A stretch of DNA of 64,000 nt from Octopus sinensis (Eukaryota), in contig NC_043002.1 of the NCBI RefSeq assembly GCF_006345805.1, positions 90,396,001 through 90,460,000 on the forward strand, written 5' to 3'. The first letter of the stretch is position 1, and each line of letters begins with the position of its first letter. Positions 28,212 to 40,244 of this stretch are shown one piece after another. The notes beneath the pieces are model-generated. The model had not been told where the DNA came from. It did not search any database and saw nothing but the letters and a program-made list of their open reading frames with translations. A program made the position numbers and the translations under genes.

Positions 28212-28609
28212 CTAGCAGTATCGCCCGGCGTTGCTCGGGTTTGTAAGGGAAATAACTATATAAGCATTTTTAGAGATGTAAAGTATAATAGCCATCTCAA
28301 TATGGCTAACCACAAAGGGGAGGTGTTACTGTAGCTTTTTACGTTCTGAGATTTAATAATAAATTTTTAGAGAATTACTTCCCTTATATATGCCAAAAAT
28401 GCATTAAAAATGGGAAAAATTGATGGTAAATTTTTTTTTGTAAATCGTAGACTCATCGTAGATGCGCGCTAATACCCAGAAGAGCTCGATATGAATCACG
28501 ACTATAAGATACCCGGTTTTGGTTAAACTGCACTGAAAAATGTGGGAGTAGTTAGGAATCTAAATCGTTGGAGACAGACAGCACACAACCTCACTTTTTT
28601 ATATAAAGA
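28212..28609 (-). mobile_element. Non-autonomous Helitron
   Basis: Minus strand A|TC...CCCGAGCAACGCCGGG hairpin...CTAG|T; highly similar to 45334-45726. Confidence 0.9.
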
Positions 28610-28840
28610 TATGAGATCGGTAGTGAGCACTCGTTCTCATGTTTTGATACTACCATATATATATGTATATATGTATGTATGTATGCATGTGTGCGTGCGT
28701 GTGTGTATGTATGTATGTGTGTATGCATGTGTGTATGTATGTATGTATGCATGTATGTATGTATGTATGTATGTATGTACGTGTGTGTATATATATATAT
28801 ATATGTGTGTTAGGTGTGATGTACAGAAATTGAATATTAA

Positions 28841-29063
28841 GAAAAAAAAGTCATCAGAATTTTGGGAAAAAAATCTTTTCACTTCTTCATCACTAATAGC
28901 ATCTTTGTTCCCCTCTCCAACCTGAACCATCAGCCATGATTTACATGGGCTCCATGGATGTAAATCATGACTGATGGTTCGGGTTTAAGAGGGAAACGAG
29001 GACACTGGTACTGATGAAGAAATGAAAAAATTTTTTTTCCAAAATTCTGACGAATTTTTTTCT
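28841..29063. repeat. ~220-bp imperfect palindrome (MITE-like)
   Basis: Arms ...GAACCATCAGCCATGATTTACAT and ATGTAAATCATGACTGATGGTTC..., extending to TCAGAATTTTGG and CCAAAATTCTGA. Confidence 0.85.
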
Positions 29064-29080
29064 CCATATATATATATATA

Positions 29081-29487
29081 CTCTTTTACTCTTTACTCTT
29101 TTACTCTTTTACTTGTTTCAGTCATTTGACTGCGGCCATGCTGGAGCATCGCCTTTAGTCGAGCAAATCGACCCCAGGACTTATTCTTTGTAAGCCCAGT
29201 ACTTATTCTATCAGTCTCTTTTGCCAAACCGCTAAGTGACGGGGACGTAAACACACCAGCATCGGTTGTCAAGCAATGCTAGGGGGACAAACACAGACAC
29301 ACAAACACACACACATATATATATATATATACGATAGGCTTCTTTCAGTTTCCGTCTACCAAATCCACTCACAAGGCATTGGTCGGCCCGGGGCTATAGC
29401 AGAAGACACTTGCCCAAGGTACCATGCAGTGGGACTGAACCCGGAACCATGTGGTTGGTAAGCAAGCTACTTACCACACAGCCACTC
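29081..29487 (-). mobile_element. SINE family A, young
   Basis: Near-identical to 15339-15740. Confidence 0.95.
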
Positions 29488-30474
29488 ATATATATAATCA
29501 GATAAAGATAGTTACAGTCAGTCTACAGGGTTACCCAGTCCCTCACATCCATAAAGCGCTTAGCTTTACATCTCTTCAGACCCTAATGCCTGGTGGCCCA
29601 TAACCTCTTTTCAGTGTGAAGGGAGAAAAGACCTCATGCCTAGTTGTTGAACACATGGACAGAGGAGAAAGTTTGAATGCAAGGGATTGTCTCCCTTATA
29701 CTACTATTTGTAATCGACCTGGTCGACTTGTGGGACCCTGCTTACACTTCAGGAGATTCCTACTGAAGTGCTGGGAGTTCAGATTCCTCCAAAGTCAACT
29801 TTGCCTTTCATCTTTAAGTTGGTGATAAAATATGTACCAGTTGAGCACTGGGGTCGATGTAATCTCTTTACCTCCTTCTCCCAGTTTGTTGACCTTCTGC
29901 CAGAATTTGAAATAATTATTTTTGTTATGATTATTATTCATGATAACAACAACAACAACAACAACAACAACAATAATAGCTGCATCTAACTTTTTTTTAT
30001 GGCTTCAGTGCCTAAAGACTGTTAGGATGTAGACAGACTTGAGCGATCAAGATAACATTGAGACAGTTGTCTGCTATTGTCTTGGTTACCATCAAAGACA
30101 CTTATCGGCTTTATTGCTTTTTACCAGATTTTAAACAAAAGATTTAATGAGTGTAAGTATGATGTCAGACACAATAACACTACTTCAAATGAACTCAACA
30201 AGCAGTTTACTACAAATGACTGTAACTTTGATGAATGCCTTAAAGTGCACATTCTAGGAAGCTATTCTGATTCCACTGAACTTTAAGTCCTTAATACATA
30301 TGAAGACAAATATAATTGGGTTTTACTACAAATGATTGTAAATTTGATGAACACCTCAAAGCACACATTCTCGGAAAATATTTTGACTCACTGAACTTTC
30401 AGTACTCAGTACATATGGAGATAAATAAAATTCGGTTGATGAACAAAATGATAGAGATTTCTTTATTATAATGA

Positions 30475-30775
30475 TGATGATGATCATCATCATCATTATT
30501 TAACGTCCGTTTTCCATGCTAGCATGGGTTGAACAGTTTGACTGGGATCTGGTAAGCCATGGAGGCTGCACCAGGCTCTAGTCTGATTTGGCAGTGTTTC
30601 TACAGCTGGATGCCCTTCCTAATGCCAACCACTCCGTGAGTGTAGTGGGTGTTTTTTTACGTGCCACCGGCACAGAAGCCAGAGCAGGCTGGTGAACAGC
30701 CACGATTAGTTGGTGCTTTTACGTGTCACCTACATGGACACCAGTCAGGCGATGCTAGTATCTGCCATGTTTGGA
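30475..30775 (-). mobile_element. RTE-type 3'UTR fragment with two hairpin repeat units
   Basis: (CAT)n tail on the left, TTCTACAGCTGGATGCCCTTCCTAATGCCAACC core. Confidence 0.85.
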
Positions 30776-31226
30776 ATCTAATATAGAAGGACAGTACAGG
30801 ACAATGCAAAACATTAATAAAGAAATACTCAGCGAGGTTTTTTCAGTTCAATTTTTTTTTACCCAAAAATATATTAAGTTAAAAATAGAAGATTTATATG
30901 ATTAAAAATTTTGATTTCCTTACATTTTTTCTTGTTGGTCTACTGTCCAACAGCTACATCCTTTTTTTTTTTCTTCCCTCATGGTAGATTAAATAGGGAC
31001 ATTCACTCCGGAATCCCATCACCTGTAGTCAAGGGATTTAGATTTATACAAATAAGAGTTGAATGTATTGAAGGCCCAGGTAATTTATGTAATTTAAACA
31101 AAGATAAATGATGAGAAATGATTCAGATCGACCAGTAGCGTATAAGTGAACAATATAGACAAATAAAAGTACTTCGAATACCACACAAGATAAATTCTTG
31201 ATGTATTAAAATTATCTTTGTCCCTA

Positions 31227-31397
31227 GGCGCAGGAGTGGCTGTGTGGTAAGTAGCTTGCTAACCAACCACATGGTTCCGGGTTCAGTCCCACTGCGTGGC
31301 ATCTTGGGCAAGTGTCTTCTGCTATAGCCCCGGGCCGACCAATGCCTTGTGAGTGGATTTGGTAGACGGAAACTGAAAGAAGCCTGTCGTATATATG

Positions 31398-31428
<31 letters not shown>

Positions 31429-31641
31429 GTGTGTTTGTGTGTCCCCCTAGCATTGCTTGACAACCGATGCTGGTGTGTTTACATCCCCGTCACTTAGCGG
31501 TTCGGCAAAAGAGACCGATAGAATAAGTACTGGGCTTACAAAGAATAAGTCCCGGGGTCGATTTGCTCGACTAAAGGCGGTGCTCCAGCATGGCCGCAGT
31601 CAAATGACTGAAACAAGTAAAAGAGTAAAAGAGTAAAAGAG
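31227..31641 (+). mobile_element. SINE family A, young, full length
   Basis: GGCGCAGGAGTGGCTGTGTGGTAAG...GGTTCAGTCCC head through the (GTAAAAGA)n tail. Confidence 0.96.
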
Positions 31642-32283
31642 AATACTTAGCATAGTTATTTGATGGTAATTAAGACCAGCCATTTATAAAAGTGGTAAAA
31701 CCCCACTTCAGTCAGGAATGACCATGGAATTGCACCTAGTTGTTGAACACATGGACAAGGAGAAGGGTTGAATGCAAAAATTTTGCTCATCTTTAAGTTC
31801 TGAGTTCAAATTTCTCCTAGGTCGACTTTGCCTTTCATCTTTTTGCGGTTCATAAATTAAGTACCAGTCAAGTAATGGGGTTAATGCAATCCACACATCC
31901 CCCTCCCCACAAATTTCAGGCCTTGTGCCTATTGTAGAAAAGATTATTATTGTTATTATTATGCTTTCTCCTTCTTTCTTCAAATTTTCTTCCGTTTCTC
32001 GCCGAGTGTTTTCCATACACCTAGGGCAGAGAAGCTCATTGTATGCATTCCCAGATTACACACACAAATTCACAGATAAAATATGTATTTAAAAATTAAT
32101 AGATAAATAAGTTCTTGGATGGATGTTGTTTTCACAGCGATAATGCTCTTCTCAGTACATGAGCCGTTCCAGTTAATACAATTTTTTTGCACTTAGCGCT
32201 CCACTAGCACGGATGCCAGTTGTCGAATTCGATTTTGATTTCACTTGCTTCAACAGGTCTTCACAAGCAGAGATTATATATAT

Positions 32284-32709
32284 ATCATCATCATCATCAT
32301 CATCATCAATTAACGTCCGCTTTCCATGCTAGCATGGGTTGGACGGTTCAACTGGGGTCTGGGGAGCCTGAAAGCTGCACCAGTCCAGTCAGATCTGGCA
32401 GTGTTTCTACAGCTGGATGCCCTTCCTAACGCCAACCACTCCGAGAGTGTAGTGGGTGATTTTATGTGCCACCGACACAGGTGCCAGACGAGGCTGGCAA
32501 ACGGCCACGCTCGGATGGTGTTTTTTATGTGCCACCGACACAGGTGCCAGACGAGGCTGGCAGACGGCCACGCTCGGATGGTGTTTTTTTTTATGTGCCA
32601 CCGACACAGGTGCCAGACGAGGCTGGCAGACGGCCACGCTCGGATGGTGTTTTTATGTGCCACCGACACAGGTGCCAGACGAGGCTGGCAGACGGCCACG
32701 CTCGGATGG

Positions 32710-32712
<3 letters not shown>
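32284..32712 (-). mobile_element. RTE-type 3'UTR with four near-identical ~64-bp repeats
   Basis: Reverse near-identical to 17220-17581; units ATGTGCCACCGACACAGGTGCCAGACGAGGCTGGCAGACGGCCACGCTCGGATGGTGTTTT. Confidence 0.92.
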
Positions 32713-32749
<37 letters not shown>

Positions 32750-34257
32750 GTGTGTGTATATATATATGTTTGTGTGTGTGTGTGTGTGTGTGTTCAGTGA
32801 AAATGTGTACATGCCTTAAATATGTAAATGACATTTAAAATTATTTCATATTAATCATTCTATAGGCATCATAGCCCATTCAAGTATGTTGTTATTTTGT
32901 GTCAGGTTAACCATGATTGAAGAACAGACACATGTTCAGTGGACTTCTCTGTATGACCATCCTGTCAATTTAAGAAAGAAATTGTGGGAAATTTGGCTGC
33001 TATTTCTAGTTGACAAAGTGACCATTTAGAGGCTCATTAATTCACCTGAAACTTAAAATGTAAATCGTCAAATTTCATGATATCATTGCTTGGCAGTAAA
33101 TAACGGTCAAGACATAGGGATTAATACCATCAAGCATCTCTGTGATAAAAATCTATCTTTTAAAGAATGAAAGCTCTGCATCACCACTACCACCATTTCT
33201 GGCATCTACAAAACTGTGAAATCTCTTGAATGGCAGCTTTTTTTTTTTTTATTATTTTTTTTTATTTTATGTCTCAACAAAGCTTCTGGATTCTTTCCTG
33301 CTATTGATTGGTAATGTGCATCGACCGTGTTCAGAAATAGGGTCATGTCCAATGTTATAATAGGAAAATCACAACTATAGCACTGTTGGTGTGAAAGGAA
33401 ATGGTAATGGCTGTAGAATTTGGCGCTAGGATGGATGATGTTTGTTTTTACAGTTGCTTTTGTTGTTGCTGTTCTTTGTTCTAATCTTAATTTATATTGA
33501 TTTATTTCGGCTTGGCACCAAACTAACATCTTTATCTTAAATATTTTTTTACTTGTTTCAGTCATTGAACTACAGCCATGCTGGAGCATCGTCTTTAAGG
33601 CTTTAGTGCAACCCGGTTCTTTTCCTTTTTTTTCATTTTAAAGTCTGGTACTTATTCTGTTGGTTTCTTTTGCTGAACTGCTAAGTTAAATGAGACTTAA
33701 AGAAACCAACACCAATAATGAAGTGGTGGTGGTGGTGGTGGTGGCAAATACACACACACACGCACACAAGGACTTGCATACATATGTATGCATATCATCA
33801 TCATCATCATTACCATCATCACTTAACATCCACTTGTTCATGCTGGCATGGGTTGGATGGTTTGATAGGAACTGGTAAGTCAGAGGACCACACCAATCTC
33901 CAGTATTTGCTTTGGCATGGTTTTTCTATGGCTAGATGCCATTCCTAATGCCACCCACCTTACAAATTGTATTAGGTGGGTGGCATATATATCATCATCA
34001 TCATCATCATCATCATTTAACATCCGCTTTCCATGCTAGCATGGGTTATATATATTATATATACATACATATATATTCTTTTACTTGTTTCAGTCATTTT
34101 AACTGTGGTCATGCTGGAGCACTGCATTTATTTGAACAAATCAACCCCAGGACTTATACAGTCTCTTAAGCCGAACTGCTAAGTTACAGGGACGTAAACA
34201 CACTAACATCGGTTGTGAAGCAATGTTGGGGGAGCAAACACAGACACATAAACAAAT

Positions 34258-34293
<36 letters not shown>

Positions 34294-34415
34294 GTTTTTA
34301 TGTGCTGCTAATAGTTTCATATGTTTAGAAATACCTCAGACATATTCAGCAGGCACAAACCATGTATCATAATGAACTAAAAAAATGAAAAATGGAAAAC
34401 AGAAAACAGAAAAGT

Positions 34416-34706
34416 GAAAACAATTGCAGCGTGGAAGGTGTTTATAAGTCATTTAAGAAACACACAAAAAACCATTAGATTCACTTCAACATTTAAATTC
34501 AATTTGTCGAAATATTTTTGTTGCTTTGAGACCGCGACCTGTTCACTGACAAAACTTCATGCTACGAAGCTTTGTTAGTGAACAGGTCGCGGTCTCAAAG
34601 CGACGAAAATATTTGACAAATTAAATTTAAATGTTGAAGTGAATCTAACGGTTTTTGTGTGTTTCTTAAATGGCTTATAAACACCTTCCATGCTGCAATT
34701 GTTTTC
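34416..34706. repeat. 291-bp near-perfect palindrome, probable inverted Penelope-like terminal repeat
   Basis: Arms 34416-34558 and 34566-34706 are reverse complements with few mismatches and a 7-nt loop. The Penelope assignment is inference. Confidence 0.9.
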
Positions 34707-35258
34707 GTTCCAGCACACGATCTCAGATCAAGTCACTCGCTATGCAAGTACATCTCCGTAATACAAAAGTGAAAATTAAAGAGTAAAAAAGGTGAATGAG
34801 TTATTCTCCTTAGACCTTAAATTACAAAGTTGGAAAGATATCAAGCTAACCACATATATAAAGAATACAGTTGTTAGTTCATTATGATATGTGTGTTTGT
34901 GCCTTATGAATATGTTTGAGGTATATCTCAACATATGCAACTATTAGTAACGTATGAAAACATGTATTGTCTATTTATCTATTCACCAGATGGAGTACTT
35001 TTTCTGTTGATCACAGAACAGTGTGTGTGTGTCTGTGTGTTATGTATGGGCTTCCACACAGTTTTTGTCTCCCAAATTCATTCACAATGCATTGAACCAT
35101 CAGTTGACCTTGGGCTATAGTAGAACACTTGTCCAAAGTGCTGTGCAGTAGGAATGAACCCAAAACTCACATGGTTGCAAAGTAAGCTTCATAACCACAC
35201 AGCTATGCACCCCCTTTATCTTTTTTGATTCTTTTTTGATTCTTTTTTTAGAGAATAA

Positions 35259-35603
35259 CTAGCACTATGGCCTGGCAACGCCGGGTCATGCATATACAGC
35301 TGCGTGCGCACATACACGCGAGTACTATACAAATCTCTGACCAAATCATATACTGCTAGCTGGCATTCAATTGGCGTATCAAGTTTCAGGCATTTTGATT
35401 GGGTTTTGGATAGAAAATTCACAAAAAAGTCACTTCTATTGATTTTTAATGTCTTTGCAGGGTGACTGGGAAAATGTAAAGATGAGCACGACCATCCTTG
35501 GATGGTTTTGAATGACCATAGAAAATGTGAGCTCTCTAACTGAAAAATTGTGGATTTGTATAAAGGACACACACACAGACATTTTTCCATTTATATAGAG
35601 AGA
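35259..35603 (-). mobile_element. Non-autonomous Helitron, second family
   Basis: Minus strand A|TCTCTCTATATAAAT...GACCCGGCGTTGCCAGG hairpin...GCTAG|T. Confidence 0.82.
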
Positions 35604-35806
35604 TAGTATATTTAATTGTATTACAACCTGCATATTACAGGTCACTAATATATTACTGGTATCTATTTTATCAATCTCACTCACCATGAAGTTAAAATCA
35701 ATCTCAGTAAGATTTTTATGAAGAATTCAGAGAGATAATACTAAGTGTTGTGGATAAATTTGTTCATCACATTGCTATTGTCATTTCATTGATTAATTCG
35801 TGGATT

Positions 35807-36294
35807 AATTCTGGCTTAAGATCCCCATATAAACCCTTGTAGCTTTTAAACTTTTTGGAATTTTCAAAAAATGTTTATGAATTTGTATTCTACACATGGG
35901 ATTTCTTATGATAATGAAAAAAAGAAATAATAATTTTCTAAAAATTTTTTAACCCCCACCCAGCAAATCCTAGGATTTTCACTCTTTTTTGAAATTTTTA
36001 TAAAATTAAAGTTTTAAACACCTATGAGCACACCACCATTCTATTAAATGTGTCTATGGAGGTAAAAATATTGAAGAACATCAACTCATGTCACAGTGAC
36101 AAAGAAACAAGTAAGATATCAGGTGGTCGTGGGATGTAATAAAAATAGCAGACAAAAAAATAAAAAGATTTTTTCCCTTTTTGCATAATCATATGAATTC
36201 CTGTGCATAGAACAGAAATTCATACAAATTTCTGGAAACTCCCAAGACTAAAAAATGTTACTAGGGGTTATATGGTTGTTTAAACCAGAATTTC
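35807..36294. mobile_element. Old MITE-like element with ~120-bp diverged inverted arms
   Basis: 35826-35930 (CCATATAAACCCTTGTAG...TATGAATTTGTATTCTACACATGGGATTTCTTATGATAATG) matches the reverse complement of 36168-36275. Confidence 0.65.
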
Positions 36295-37553
36295 ACTGAT
36301 GAATCCTTTTTTTTAAAACCCTTTCCTTGTACAAAACGTCTTCATAAGTTTGTCTTAGAAATCCATGCTTGTTTTCAGACTTTGATTCATATGTTCTGAG
36401 TAATATAAAGCTTTTCTTTCGTAAGTCCCAAGTTACTCTGATGGTCAAAAATATGGAGAATGTGCATTGTATATGATGCATAAATGCCAGGACTGGCAAA
36501 GGGCTAAGATGTTGGGTTATGATTTGAGGGAGGTTAGCTTCTGTTTTTAGCAAATTCAGTAACCACAAAAAAAAATTTCCTTTGTTAGCTAGAATTTTGA
36601 TCTAATTCAAATGTGTTCATATATGTGAGGTGTCTTAGTTTAAGTATTTTGGTTTTGATGTGTAACAGATCGATAATGATTGTGAGTATTTTGTGTCAAT
36701 GTTGTAATATGTGTGTGTGTATGTATGTATGTGTGTTGTGCTGTGTGTGTGTGTGTGTGTGCTGTGTGCATATATTTATATATTCGTGTGTGTAGGAGAA
36801 GAGACTGATAGAATAAGTACCAAACTTTTATGATAAAAAAAAATAAGCAGTGTCATATTCAGAGGAATTTGAATTGTGGTCAGGGACTAAGTCGATCACA
36901 TTGACCCCAGTTCATGACTGGTACCTAGTTTATCGATCCTGAAAGGATGAACAGATGAAAATGCTAGGAAGCATTTTGCCTGGCATGCTAATGATTCTGC
37001 CAGCTTGCTGCCTCAAATGTGATGGTGATAAGTGTGGTGGTGTGGTGGTGGTGGTGGTGGTGGTGGTGGTGGTGGTGGTGGTGTGGTTAATGAAGATGTT
37101 GTTGTTTAACTCCAGGTCATCTTTGATCCAACAGACTTATTTCCAAAGACATTCCAGCCACGACGACCATGTTGGTACATTATCTAATTAGTCCTTTCCA
37201 TACTTAAGGCAATAGAGTGTGATTCAAAGCTTTGACTGTTATTTTTAACATGGTTTGGTACCATGTAGAAGTTCCCTAATGAAGATTATGATACCGGTGT
37301 CTATGTTGATGATGATGATGATGATGATAAAGAGATGAGGTTTGTGGTGGTGTTGATGGTGACACACATTTATATATTGGATCAGTAATCAAATAGATTT
37401 CTCTCATCAGATGTTTGCATGTATTAACTACTCTATATTCATGCAAAATGATCTGTGTGACTTTAGCAAATTTTACACACAAATCAATAAGTTGCAACTG
37501 TACATTATCTATCTATCTGTCTGTCTGGCTGGCTGGCTGGCTGTCTGTGTATA

Positions 37554-38423
37554 TACAGGGTGTGATGGGTAAATTGTTGCCATTTCATATTTTTAATTTT
37601 GCGCATGCTCATTGTCTGTTTTTGATTTTGCTGACTAAACAGCATAGTAGGGTCAGTTGGGCACCGTCTGTGAGAAAAACAGCAGCATCACATAGTTTTG
37701 GAAACAACATGCTGTACTGCTTGGCATTCATACTGGAAGCTCCAATATGAATATTTCAGAGTGTTTGGGATGTCAATCTGGGTATTACTGTGTCCCCAAA
37801 ACATGTACCAAGAGTGATAAAAATCAAACATCCTATCAACATCATGGTGTTTGACATGATCACTAGTGATGGTGACGTTATGCCTCCATTCATCTTCTCA
37901 CACAGCCTCAGACTCAACACAGAGGCCTACATTAAGTGCCTGGAGGAGGTAGTGCAGCCCTGGGTCAAGAGGGTGGCTGGTGGATGACCTTAGGTCTGGC
38001 AAGAGGACTCTGCACCATGCCACACAAACAGAACCCAATCGTGGCTGTCAGACAATTTCTGCAACCACATCAACCCAAACATCTGGCCACCTAAGTCTTC
38101 AAACTACAAAAACCCTTGATTATTATGTGTGGGGCACAGTTGAGTGAGAGACCAACAAAACTCCTTGTAAAACCAAAGATGAACTAAAGGCAAGGATTAT
38201 GGTAGCATTCACCAACTTAAAAACAAGGAGACTGTCCAGAAGAGTTGCAGGAGATTCTGAAGTTGTCTGGACATGGTTGAAGCCAAAGGCGATTTTATTG
38301 AATAAATTTACTCTTTCAAGATATTTCTATGTAATTTTGGCAAATATATCTGTTAAAATGTGATGTCAGTGTTATTTTTGTTTCTGTGTTATTTAGATGA
38401 CAATTTATTCACCACACCCTGTA
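37554..38423 (+). mobile_element. Internally deleted maT/DD37D-like Tc1/mariner element
   Basis: TA-CAGGGTGTGATGGGTAAATTG and CAATTTATTCACCACACCCTG-TA ends; remnants IMVFDMITSDGDVMPPFIF, WQEDSAPCHT, IWPPKS, (L)DYYVWGTVE. Indels prevent an exact D-D count. Confidence 0.88.
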
Positions 38424-38467
38424 CATATGTATGTACGAATGTGCATGTGTGTATATATCTATATATA

Positions 38468-38621
38468 TATCACCTTGATCACCTTGACCGACCAGTCCGT
38501 CAGGTGTCCATTTGACACCGTGGGTCACAGCACGCTGTCCACTCTTCTCTGGATCGCACCTTTCTCATCCACGTGATCCCAATCGTCCTCCTGAAATTTT
38601 AACTCCACTGTCGTGGAGGCC
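38468..38621 (-). mobile_element. RTE-like LINE 3' end with (CAAGGTGAT)n tail
   Basis: Minus frame PPRQWS*NFRRTIGITWMRKVRSREEWTACCDPRCQMDT*, then GGACTGGTCGGTCAAGGTGATCAAGGTGATA; within (TA)/(TATC) tracts. Confidence 0.78.
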
Positions 38622-38625
38622 AATA

Positions 38626-38660
<35 letters not shown>

Positions 38661-38671
38661 ATATATATATA

Positions 38672-38704
<33 letters not shown>

Positions 38705-38954
38705 AATATAGAAGAAATAATAGTACTATCAAAAGTGGAATCTCCACCACCACTAACAGCAAGAACAAGAACAACAACAGTGTTGCCATGTGATACTATA
38801 GAACTATGGTACTCTTCATGGTTACCTCTTCTATAGCAAGACACTTGTTTCTGTCTCTCTGTCATACTCTAACCTTTCATCATCTGACACAAGATCACGT
38901 CTTCCGATGCTGCCTTCTCCTCTCCAAATTCCTTGTCTTCTAAGTTACTTGGTG

Positions 38955-39255
38955 GCCCTACTGGTGCTGGTGCCATGTAAAAAGTATCCAGCCCAAACTG
39001 TAAAGTGGTTGGCATTTGAAAGGGTATCCAACTGTAAAAAGCATGCCAAAGTTGACCTCATCTGTGCTGGTGCCATGTAAAATCCACTTGTTCCGTTCTG
39101 CAAAGCAGTTGATGTTAGGAAGGACATCCAGCCAAACACATACACAATATCCTAGGGTAGTCTTCCACCTGGTTGGCTCCTGTCAAATCATCTGACCCAT
39201 ACCTGCATGGAGGTAGATGTTAAATGATGATAATGATGATGAAGATGATGATTAT
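38955..39255 (+). mobile_element. Older RTE-type 3'UTR fragment
   Basis: GGTGCTGGTGCCATGTAAAA units, AGGAAGGACATCCAGCC, (GAT)n tail. Confidence 0.75.
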
Positions 39256-39317
39256 GTACGTCTTCAGTGCGTGCATGTGTGAATGTATGTATGTATATAT
39301 ATATATACATATAATAT

Positions 39318-39364
<47 letters not shown>

Positions 39365-39741
39365 TATATATATAAACATATATATATTATAATAAGGGTT
39401 AGGCAAAAGAATTTGCTTCACCACACACCGAACTTTAGAAATAGCAGCCAAACCCTTTTTTTAATAAATATCGTTTAAGTTTACTGATAGTGGGCTTTTA
39501 CATGCCAAATCACTACTTAGTGGAATTATTAATTATTTATTAATTAATAAATCTTACCCTTTATATATATATATATACATATATATATATGCATAAAATT
39601 AAAAAAAAAATTCAGCTGTTTGCAATGGTATGCCATAAAGGAAAATTATAGTCATCAAGTAAACTTCACTAAGGGTGTGAATGATACTTACATTGCTAGA
39701 AATAGGAGCTAACGTAGTCCAATGCTGTTACAGAGCATATA

Positions 39742-39787
<46 letters not shown>

Positions 39788-40244
39788 TTCATTCTACTGG
39801 GAATCATCAGTGGGAGGCGTCCAGTCACCAGGTGCTAGTCAAATTTTGCTGCTATGATATATAGAATATCAGCATCACTTCTGGCACTGATGTTGAAAAT
39901 AGTAAGCAGGCTTATTAAAAAGTTATTATTAGCTACAGAAGCAGTATTAATATCAAAAGGTAGTCTTTATATCCAACTTAAGATGGCTGTCTTGTTAGAA
40001 CACCAAATACTGTGTAATAAGCCTTGAGAGATCCCCTCATACATGTGTCAAGCTCCAGTTTTGGTTTTGATCTGGTTTCTACAGCTGGATGCCTTCCCAA
40101 TACCAAATGCTTTACAATGTGTAGGAGGTGATTTTTTTGTGTGTTACTGGCACCAGTGAGGTCACCAAATAACAAGACATCTATATTAAGTTGGATATAA
40201 AGTTTACCTTTGTTACTAATACTGCTTCAATTATTGTCGTCATC

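Noticed and set aside
17084-32838. ORFs of 90-174 aa with repeated CHRHRCQTRLADGH or WHLCRWH
   Set aside because: They arise from the 3'UTR tandem repeats, are open in several frames and on both strands, and lie downstream of the LINE stop codon.
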